Part shown: one piece after another, positions 56,641 to 64,000 of the stretch
Layout of the letters: the number at the start of each line of letters is the position of its first letter
How positions within the stretch are numbered: position 1 is the stretch's first letter
DNA from: Bacteroidales bacterium
Lineage (GTDB): Bacteria; Bacteroidota; Bacteroidia; Bacteroidales; GCA-2748055
Assembly (NCBI GenBank): GCA_046485075.1
Contig: JAWOHR010000150.1
Location: 21,918-85,917, forward strand
Length of the DNA stretch: 64,000 nucleotides
Direction of reading: 5' to 3'
The notes under the pieces: model-generated
Told to the model about the DNA's origin: nothing
Database searches by the model: none
Seen by the model: the letters and a program-made list of their open reading frames with translations, nothing else
Program-made: the position numbers and the translations under genes

Positions 56641-57522
56641 ATGGCAGCTAAAAAAAACGCGTTGGGCAGGGGACTGGGAGCATTGATCGATGTTCCGGAC
56701 GATCAGCTGAGGGAACTGGTTCATTCACCCTCGGCGGTGAATGAGATCCCTTTGAACAACATTGCTGTAAATCCATTTCAACCCAGGACCCATTTCGACG
56801 AGGATGCCCTCAATGAACTGGTTGCATCGGTATTGGAACACGGGATCATTCAGCCCATCACTGTGCGAAAAGCGGCTGACAACAGCTACCAGCTGATTAC
56901 CGGTGAGCGCCGGCTTCGGGCTGCCCAGAAGGCTGGCCTGAAGCGCATCCCTGCCTACGTCAGGGAAGCGGGCGACGATACCATGATGGAACTTGCCCTT
57001 GTCGAGAATATTCAACGGGAGGATCTGGATGCCATTGAAGTTTCCATTTCGTACCAGAGGCTCATTGAAGAGTTCAACCTGACCCAGGAAAAACTTGGAG
57101 AGCGGGTTGGAAAAAAAAGAGCTACCATTACCAATTACCTCAGGCTTCTGAATCTTCCCGTAGAGGTGCAGAACGCCATAAGGGAGAAGAAGATCTCCAT
57201 GGGCCATGCCAGAGCCCTGTTGGGCATTGAGGACAAGGAACTTCAAATGGAAGTCTTCACGAAAATCCTGGCTCAGGACCTCTCAGTCAGGCAGGTGGAG
57301 AACCTGGCCCGTGGTTCAAAAACAACTCTTCCCCCGGAGCCGGATCCGAAGCAGGAGCAGATATCCGATTATGAGGAGTTGCGGGAGCACCTCTCTCACC
57401 ATTTCGGAGCCAACGTGGAGTTCAGGCGAAGCAATAAAGGCACAGGCCGCATCGTTATACCTTTCAAATCGGATGAGGACTTACAGCGCATTGTGAGCAT
57501 ATTCGATAAACCGGGTAAATGA
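56641..57522 (+). CDS. parB: Chromosome partitioning protein ParB/Spo0J
   Basis: 293 aa. QPRTHFDEDALNELVASVLEHGIIQPITVR and GERRLRAA ParB-box motifs. HTH (TQEKLGERVGKKRATITNYLRLL). Confidence 0.95.
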   Translation: MAAKKNALGRGLGALIDVPDDQLRELVHSPSAVNEIPLNNIAVNPFQPRTHFDEDALNELVASVLEHGIIQPITVRKAADNSYQLITGERRLRAAQKAGLKRIPAYVREAGDDTMMELALVENIQREDLDAIEVSISYQRLIEEFNLTQEKLGERVGKKRATITNYLRLLNLPVEVQNAIREKKISMGHARALLGIEDKELQMEVFTKILAQDLSVRQVENLARGSKTTLPPEPDPKQEQISDYEELREHLSHHFGANVEFRRSNKGTGRIVIPFKSDEDLQRIVSIFDKPGK

Positions 57523-58148
57523 ACAAAATTTTCCTTGCGGTGATGATCGCTTCTATCTATTCTGTCCGGTCAGCGGGCCAGGATCCGGATACGCTATCCT
57601 CACAATCCGATCGGCCGGTTTGGATATCGGATACCCTTTATGATTACCTGGGAGCCGATACAATATCACGCTACAGTGCGTCACCATTGGTCCAGGCAGA
57701 CTCAGCCCGGTTCCAGCCCGACTATAGCCACTCTGCCATCAGAGCCACCATGTATGCACTTGTTTTACCAGGACTGGGACAGGGCTATAACCGGAAGTTT
57801 TACAAGATACCCATCGTTTGGGTAGCCATGGGGGGAGCAGGCTATGCCATCAGCTATAATACCAGGAAGTACAAGATCTATAGCAGCGAGTATGCGCTCA
57901 ACCCCGACGATACCAATGAGCGCTACCTGAGGTACTGGAGGCGTAATATGGAGTTGAGCTACATTGCGATGATTGCCGTCTATGCCCTCCAGGTTGTGGA
58001 TGCATATGTGGATGCCCAACTCTTCAATTGGGATGTGAATGAGGAGCTCTCCATGGGAATCTCCCCTTCACTTCAACCACTGATGGTCCCCGGGAGTTTA
58101 ACCGGCCATGCTTATGGCCTTACATACAGTTTTAACCTTAGAAGATAA
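57519..58148 (+). CDS. DUF5683-domain protein
   Basis: 209 aa. LVLPGLGQGYNRKFYKIPIVW motif. Conserved position after parB in Bacteroidota. Confidence 0.7.
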   Translation: MNKIFLAVMIASIYSVRSAGQDPDTLSSQSDRPVWISDTLYDYLGADTISRYSASPLVQADSARFQPDYSHSAIRATMYALVLPGLGQGYNRKFYKIPIVWVAMGGAGYAISYNTRKYKIYSSEYALNPDDTNERYLRYWRRNMELSYIAMIAVYALQVVDAYVDAQLFNWDVNEELSMGISPSLQPLMVPGSLTGHAYGLTYSFNLRR

Positions 58149-59800
58149 TGATGGGAAAGATATATGGAGCGAAGTCCCTGTTAGCGGGGATGATATTTTT
58201 GGTTTTAAACACCGTTTTTATAAAAGGGCAGGATACACTGAATCAACCACTGTTTGACTCCATCCAGGAGCAGTTTTCCATGGAGGGTGAGATGGAACTT
58301 CGTACAGGGGCCAACCTGGACAGCCTGGCAAATCTCTGGTATGTGAACCAGTCTCTGGAAAGTGCTGTGGATGTTTATAACGCAGAAGCCGACACACTTG
58401 TACCCGATTTTCCCGATTCTGTCTACCTGGCCAGACTGGCAGAGATTCCTTCGGTTGTGGATCTGACTTACAACCGGATTGTCAGGAATTACATACAACT
58501 CTATACAATCAAAAGGCGTGAACAGGTGCGAAACATGCTGGGACTCTCCGAATACTATTTCCCGATTTTTGAGGAGATCTTTGATTTTTACGGAGTCCCT
58601 TTCGAGATAAAATACCTCTCTGTGATTGAATCGGCTCTGAATCCAAGGGCAGTATCCAGGGCGGGAGCGGTAGGAGCATGGCAGTTCATGTACGGCACGG
58701 GGAAGCATTATGGTCTAACCATCAACTCGCTGGTGGATGAGCGAAAGGACCCTGTGGCAGCCACCCGGGCTGCGGCGCGCTTCCTGGTGGATTTGTACGG
58801 GATGTATGGGGACTGGACCCTGGCATTGGCAGCCTATAACTGCGGACCCGGTAACGTGAACAAGGCGATCCGGCGTTCGGGAGGCAGGCGCAGTTTCTGG
58901 GAGATCTATTACTACCTGCCCCGGGAGACCCGTGGATATGTGCCTGCATTCATTGCAGCCACCTACACCATGAATTTTTACAAGGATCACCTGATTACCT
59001 CTGCACCCCCCATGATGCCAAGGGCTGTGGATACGATCATGGTTTATGAACCGTTGCACCTTGAACAGGTGGCCGGGGTGTTGAATGTCCCGGTGACGAT
59101 GCTCAGGGATTTGAATCCGCAGTACAGGTCCGATATTATACCGGGGACAACCAAACACCCTTATGCCATTAAGATTCCCATGGAGTTTACAGCAGCTTTT
59201 ATCGATATGCAGGATAGTATTTTCGCCTTTAAAGATTCGGTATTCTTTGATCCGAGTAAAGATGTGGCTTCCCCCCAGCACTATTCGGCCAGCTACCGGG
59301 TCGATCTTCCGGATGATAAGTATGATAAGCTGTATTATACGGTAAAGTCGGGCGACAACGTGGGTTATATCGCCGACTGGTATGACGTCAGGGCATCTGA
59401 TCTTCGATACTGGAACAACATCAGCCGGGACGTCATCCGGTCAGGTCAGAAACTTTTGATCTACAAGCCCAAAGGAAGTTCCGAAAAGTACGCCGAGGTG
59501 AATAATATGAGTTTTTCCCAAAGGCAGAAGTTTGCCGGAAGAGAGGCATCTGCAGCTGCCACCGGCCACTCTTCTGCATCAAACGCCCCACAGGGACCAT
59601 CCTCAGGAACGGCCTCCCAACCGGCCGTCTCCGGAACGGGTGACTACATAACCTACCGGGTGAAATCGGGCGATACCCTTTGGGAGATTGCAAGACAATA
59701 CCCGGGTGTGTCGGAAAGCGATATTGCCAGACTGAACAACATCAGCAACTCCTCAAAAATTCAGCCCGGACAGGTCATCAGGATCAAGCCTAATCGTTAA
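58148..59800 (+). CDS. Lytic transglycosylase (SLT/MltD-like) with two C-terminal LysM domains
   Basis: 550 aa. Catalytic region ESALNPRAVSRAGAVGAWQFMYGTG. LysM repeats YYTVKSGDNVGYIADWY and YRVKSGDTLWEIARQY. Confidence 0.85.
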   Translation: MMGKIYGAKSLLAGMIFLVLNTVFIKGQDTLNQPLFDSIQEQFSMEGEMELRTGANLDSLANLWYVNQSLESAVDVYNAEADTLVPDFPDSVYLARLAEIPSVVDLTYNRIVRNYIQLYTIKRREQVRNMLGLSEYYFPIFEEIFDFYGVPFEIKYLSVIESALNPRAVSRAGAVGAWQFMYGTGKHYGLTINSLVDERKDPVAATRAAARFLVDLYGMYGDWTLALAAYNCGPGNVNKAIRRSGGRRSFWEIYYYLPRETRGYVPAFIAATYTMNFYKDHLITSAPPMMPRAVDTIMVYEPLHLEQVAGVLNVPVTMLRDLNPQYRSDIIPGTTKHPYAIKIPMEFTAAFIDMQDSIFAFKDSVFFDPSKDVASPQHYSASYRVDLPDDKYDKLYYTVKSGDNVGYIADWYDVRASDLRYWNNISRDVIRSGQKLLIYKPKGSSEKYAEVNNMSFSQRQKFAGREASAAATGHSSASNAPQGPSSGTASQPAVSGTGDYITYRVKSGDTLWEIARQYPGVSESDIARLNNISNSSKIQPGQVIRIKPNR

Positions 59801-59841
59801 TTCCCATTTGGAATTCCCGCGGTGAGAGCTATATTTGAAAA

Positions 59842-61311
59842 ATGAAGCCACTGCGGACCTTCATTTTTTTTGTTTCAGCAGCACTGCTGCTGTTACTCCT
59901 TGCCATTGTTTTTCCACGCGAGGGGATCTCTGTTAACCCTGACATCCATCTTAAATTCATGAATCTTTCCGATTTGTCCCAATCCGTTCAGGACAAGGAT
60001 GAGCTGGTGTATGAGCTGGTAACGGCTTCCACGGTAACAGAGGATCCGGAGGAGGGTTTTGAACTGCCCCTCGTGGAATTGCCGGAGGAGGAATCTTTTA
60101 AAGGGGAGTCAGCAGGGAATCTCCCGGTGATCTACCCTGCCAATACCGACAGCCTGAGGAGATCGGTCTACAGGATCAGATTTGCAGAAGGGGGCGCCCA
60201 TCTGCTTGATCCCTTCTTTTCGCAGTTGCAGGGGCTGCTTGAGGGTTCAATGGCCCGGACCAGGATCATGCATTTCGGAGACTCTCAAATCGAGAATGAC
60301 AGGATGACCGCATTGATCCGGTACCGCTTGCAGAAACAGTTTGGAGGTTCAGGAACCGGACTGGTACCGGCTATTCCGATTTACGGGGGAAATATGGCTT
60401 TCAGACAGGAGCAGGAGGGTGATTGGCTCCGTTACACCTTTTACGGAAGCCGGGATTCGACCATTAAACATAATGTCTACGGGGTCATGGGGGCTTTTAC
60501 GTCGGTTCCCTCGCCCAGAGGAGAGCAATGGCCCACCCTGCACTATACATTCAATACATCAAGGCGCAACGGGACGATCGACAGGGTCAGGGTATTCATG
60601 CACTCCTATGTCAGGGAGGCATCCCTTCATTTCATTGTGAATGATACCATCACGGATACCTTTCAGAATATTCCCGATGGCTTCAGCGTGGTCGATTACC
60701 GGCACCAATCCCCCATCAGGGAGCTCTCTCTCGCCATGAGCCTTCCGCAGGGAGGACGCATTTACGGGATATCTTTTGAATCTTTCCGGGGCCTTCAGAT
60801 GGATAATATCGCCATGCGGGGCGGATCGGGTCTGGTCTTTACCAAGATGAACCGGGAACAGCAGTTCAAGATGATGGAGTACCTTTCCCCCGGACTTATC
60901 ATACTCCAGTATGGTGGAAACGTGGTTCCATTTATCAATGCGGCCCGGTACCAGCAGTCGTTTAAACGGGAGCTCGATTTTATGAAAGAACTTTGCCCGG
61001 GTGTGCCTGTTATCGTGATCGGTCCATCCGACATGTCGATGAAGGTAAAGGGGGCTTTTGAGAGCTTCCCGGGCGTGGAACCTGTGAGGGATGCCCTGAA
61101 AAAGGCAACCCTGGATGCCGGTTTTGCCTTCTGGGACCTTTATGAGGCCATGGGTGGAAACAACTCAATGCCCTCTTTCGCAAAGGCCGATCCGCCGCTT
61201 GCAAACAGTGACTACATCCACTTCTCGGCACTGGGGATTAACCTGGTGGCCGAGATGTTTTACAATGCCCTTATGCTTGAGTATAAAGAGTATCAATCCC
61301 AAAGAAGGTAA
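59842..61311 (+). CDS. Membrane-anchored SGNH-hydrolase-fold protein (PatB/AlgX/AlgJ-like O-acetyltransferase partner)
   Basis: 489 aa. N-terminal TM anchor. Block I HFGDSQIEND and C-terminal DYIHFS (DxxH). Directly upstream of the MBOAT gene. Confidence 0.6.
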   Translation: MKPLRTFIFFVSAALLLLLLAIVFPREGISVNPDIHLKFMNLSDLSQSVQDKDELVYELVTASTVTEDPEEGFELPLVELPEEESFKGESAGNLPVIYPANTDSLRRSVYRIRFAEGGAHLLDPFFSQLQGLLEGSMARTRIMHFGDSQIENDRMTALIRYRLQKQFGGSGTGLVPAIPIYGGNMAFRQEQEGDWLRYTFYGSRDSTIKHNVYGVMGAFTSVPSPRGEQWPTLHYTFNTSRRNGTIDRVRVFMHSYVREASLHFIVNDTITDTFQNIPDGFSVVDYRHQSPIRELSLAMSLPQGGRIYGISFESFRGLQMDNIAMRGGSGLVFTKMNREQQFKMMEYLSPGLIILQYGGNVVPFINAARYQQSFKRELDFMKELCPGVPVIVIGPSDMSMKVKGAFESFPGVEPVRDALKKATLDAGFAFWDLYEAMGGNNSMPSFAKADPPLANSDYIHFSALGINLVAEMFYNALMLEYKEYQSQRR

Positions 61312-61313
61312 TC

Positions 61314-62831
61314 TTGAGTCAGCCATTATCCGATATATTCCTGTTTAATCCGGAGAAACCGCTGATCTTTACCGGGCTCTTTTTCTGGGTCTTCTACGGG
61401 GTTGTGCTGCTGATCTATTCGGGTATTTACCGGCAACGGGCCTTGAGGAATATCTTTCTTTTCGTGGCCAGTCTCTTTTTTTACTGGAAAACCTCCGGAT
61501 TATTCTTCCTGATCCTGGTCTTCTCCACCTTTTCCGACTACTACCTGGGGAACCTGATCTACCGTGCCCGAAAAATCTCATTGAAAAAGTTAGGGGTAAT
61601 CCTGAGCGTGGTAATCAACCTTTTCATGCTCTCCTACTTCAAGTACACCTACCTTTTCGTGGACACTTTAAACCAGCTTTTTAACCTGGATATCGAGGTC
61701 GTGAACCACCTGGCCATCTGGTCGAACAACCTCACCGGAACCCACTTTGATGTGAGTATGATCCTGCTTCCGGTGGGCATCTCCTTCTATACCTTCCAGA
61801 CCATTTCCTACACAGTGGATATCTACAGGGGCAAGGTCGATCCCGTAAGGCATCTCCTCGATTTCGGCTTCTATGTCTCCTTTTTCCCCCAACTGGTGGC
61901 CGGTCCCATTGTAAGGGCCTCGGAGTTCATCCCCCAGCTTTATAAGCGCTACAGCCTCTCCATGGAGGAGTTCGGCTTTGCCCTTTTCATGATTCTCAAA
62001 GGGCTCTTCAAGAAGATGTTCATAGGCGACTATATCGCCCTCAATTTCGTCGACCGGGTGTTTTCCAATCCCACGGGCTTCTCCGGATTTGAAAACCTGG
62101 CAGCACTGTTCGGATACTCACTGCAGGTCTATGTTGATTTTTCGGGATATACCGATATTGCCATCGGGGTGTCGCTGCTGCTTGGTTTCAGGCTTCCTAA
62201 AAATTTCAATTCACCCTATAAGGCCACCAATGTGGGCAATTTTTGGAAACGGTGGCATATCTCACTCTCCACATGGCTTCGCGACTACCTCTACATCCCC
62301 CTGGGCGGGAACCGAAGGGGAAGGATCATGACCGATGTAAACCTTATGATCACCATGCTGCTGGGGGGATTGTGGCACGGTGCCAGCTGGCAGTTTGTGG
62401 TTTGGGGCGGATTGAACGGAATCGGACTTGTGGTTTACAAACTGTGGCGGAAGGTGAGTCCGTACGAGAAAAGCAAACACTGGGCTGCAAGACTCTGGAA
62501 GATTGCCAACACCTTTATTTTTATCACCTTCACCCGCATATGGTTTCGTTCCGAATCCATGGAGAAAGCCAATCAGCTGATCGGACAGGTTATCCACCAT
62601 TTTAATGCAGCCATTATCCCCGATGTACTTTGGAGCTTTCGCCTGGTCTTCGCCGTGATGGCTCTGGGCTACTTCACCCATTGGGTTCCCGAACAATGGA
62701 AGATGAACCTTCTCAACCGGTTCATCCGGACGCCCCTGTGGGCGAAGGCGATCATCACCGTGGTGATTATTTTTGTAATCTACCAGTCATGGTCGGCCGG
62801 TCTCCATCCCTTTATCTATTTCCAGTTCTAA
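61314..62831 (+). CDS. MBOAT-family membrane O-acyltransferase (AlgI/PatA/DltB-like)
   Basis: 505 aa, polytopic. FWKRWHISLSTWLRDYLYIPLGGNRRG and GGLWHGASW (conserved His). TTG start 2 nt after the preceding stop. Confidence 0.9.
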   Translation: MSQPLSDIFLFNPEKPLIFTGLFFWVFYGVVLLIYSGIYRQRALRNIFLFVASLFFYWKTSGLFFLILVFSTFSDYYLGNLIYRARKISLKKLGVILSVVINLFMLSYFKYTYLFVDTLNQLFNLDIEVVNHLAIWSNNLTGTHFDVSMILLPVGISFYTFQTISYTVDIYRGKVDPVRHLLDFGFYVSFFPQLVAGPIVRASEFIPQLYKRYSLSMEEFGFALFMILKGLFKKMFIGDYIALNFVDRVFSNPTGFSGFENLAALFGYSLQVYVDFSGYTDIAIGVSLLLGFRLPKNFNSPYKATNVGNFWKRWHISLSTWLRDYLYIPLGGNRRGRIMTDVNLMITMLLGGLWHGASWQFVVWGGLNGIGLVVYKLWRKVSPYEKSKHWAARLWKIANTFIFITFTRIWFRSESMEKANQLIGQVIHHFNAAIIPDVLWSFRLVFAVMALGYFTHWVPEQWKMNLLNRFIRTPLWAKAIITVVIIFVIYQSWSAGLHPFIYFQF

Positions 62832-64000
62832 TTACTATTTTTATCCTGATTCCGCTACTGACACAAAAAATAATCACATTGCAAAAAAAGATCCGTCAAA
62901 AATTACCCGGCCTGGCACTATGGTTCATCTTTGTGGCCATGCTGACTACCATGGTGATCAATCACCGCTGGTCGGGCTCCAAACCCGGGGAAGGAAAAGT
63001 GATAGAATGGGATGTAATATCCTATTACAGTTATCTGCCGGCCACCTTCATCTATGGGGATGTAACCCTGGGTTTTCTGGATGATCAGGATTTTAAGTAC
63101 TATACTAAATTCTGGCCGGTTCAGCTTGAGAATGGAAACCGGTTGATCCTTACTACCATGGGCCTCTCCATGCTGTACAGCCCTTTCTTTTTGATGGCCC
63201 ATTGGATTTCACCGCTGGTGGGGAATACCCAGGATGGTTTTAACCAGACCTATCAGCTGTTTCTGATGCTCTCCAGCCTTTTTTGGGTCATGATGGGTTT
63301 GTGGGTATTACGGCGAATCCTGATGAGGTATTTTACCCCTTCGGCCACAGCAATCACCCTGGTTTTGATTGGACTGGGGACAAACCTTTTTTTCTATACC
63401 GTTCATGAAGGGCCCATGTCGCACGGATATAATTTCGCTTTTATCACCTTTTTTCTAAGCCTTGTCATTCGTTGGTATGAAGCTCCGACCTATCGTAAAT
63501 CGCTATTGCTGGGCCTTGTTTACGGTATGATCGTGCTGATCAGGCCCTCCAACATCATGGTGGGGATTCTCCTTGCAGGATGGGGGATTTCAACCCTGGA
63601 GGATTTAAAAAGACGCCCGCGATTCCTGTTTCAACACTCCGGACATATTCTGGTCATGTTGTTCATGTTCCTGATTCCCTGGATCCCTCAGATGATTTAC
63701 TGGAAAGCCGTAACAGGCCATTTCATATATAACTCATACAGTTCTTCGGGCAGCGATTTCTATTTCGGTTCCCCTCACATCTTCCATCTGCTGTTCAGTT
63801 TCCGCAAGGGGTGGTACCTGTATACCCCGTTGATGCTTGTGGCGACCTTCGGGCTCTTTTTCCTGGGAAGAAAATGTAAAGGCGCAACATGGCCCATTAC
63901 AGCCTACCTGTTGGTTCATATTTATGTTCTGGCCAGCTGGTGGTCGTGGTGGAACGGAGGGAGCTTTGGCCTCAGGTCATTTGTGGACCTGTACGGCGTG
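62789..64000 (+). CDS. Partial (3'-truncated by window end) polytopic GT-C/PMT_2-like glycosyltransferase-fold membrane protein
   Basis: Open frame translated by hand to the window end; it is absent from the ORF track because it has no stop. ...KVIEWDVISYYSYLPATFIYGD...LGTNLFFYTVHEGPMSHGYNF...RSFVDLYGV. Start uncertain: ATG 62789 overlaps the MBOAT 3' end, and TTG 62879 is an alternative. Confidence 0.5.
   Translation, partial: MVGRSPSLYLFPVLITIFILIPLLTQKIITLQKKIRQKLPGLALWFIFVAMLTTMVINHRWSGSKPGEGKVIEWDVISYYSYLPATFIYGDVTLGFLDDQDFKYYTKFWPVQLENGNRLILTTMGLSMLYSPFFLMAHWISPLVGNTQDGFNQTYQLFLMLSSLFWVMMGLWVLRRILMRYFTPSATAITLVLIGLGTNLFFYTVHEGPMSHGYNFAFITFFLSLVIRWYEAPTYRKSLLLGLVYGMIVLIRPSNIMVGILLAGWGISTLEDLKRRPRFLFQHSGHILVMLFMFLIPWIPQMIYWKAVTGHFIYNSYSSSGSDFYFGSPHIFHLLFSFRKGWYLYTPLMLVATFGLFFLGRKCKGATWPITAYLLVHIYVLASWWSWWNGGSFGLRSFVDLYGV

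Overview
The window is a Bacteroidota-type chromosomal segment. Lineage markers are a T9SS type-B C-terminal domain, DUF5683 and DUF4492 proteins, an alternative complex III operon, TAnnTTTG -7 promoter boxes and no obvious Shine-Dalgarno sites. It is densely coding and mostly housekeeping: der, era, rluB, glmM, rpmE2, thyA-folA, cysE-cysK, pssA and parAB. No CRISPR array, integrase, transposase or recognisable defence genes were seen. The central feature is an ~18 kb aerobic-respiration supercluster at 32.4-50.3 kb. It holds the ACIII operon actABCDEF plus an appended divergent UbiA-like gene. Convergent to it is an 8-gene caa3 oxidase operon in the unusual order sco-ctaD-ctaE-coxIV-ctaC-ctaB, followed by two exported CxxC lipoproteins. 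Divergent from that operon is DUF4492-cydAB. Four observations merit follow-up. (1) Two arrays of in-register heptanucleotide repeats (consensus CAGTGNN in gene direction) are each fused to the TAG stop codon of the upstream gene, lie in mutually inverted orientation, and bracket ~22 kb. (2) An exported HMA lipoprotein and a DsrE-fold lipoprotein end the oxidase operon, which lacks PCuAC and Cox11. (3) A PadR regulator is paired with a membrane protein carrying a duplicated GldL-like FKxMHWPGAG motif. (4) A 42-aa single-TM ORF, too short for the ORF track, lies after cydB. Other modules are a MacA/MacB-permease/TolC operon without an ATPase, a propeller/Y_Y_Y sensor fused to a PP2C phosphatase, a small wzx-methyltransferase-GT4 cluster ending at tRNA-His, and a lytic transglycosylase-SGNH-MBOAT-GT-C cluster. 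All family assignments rest on motif recognition by eye; no database search was run.
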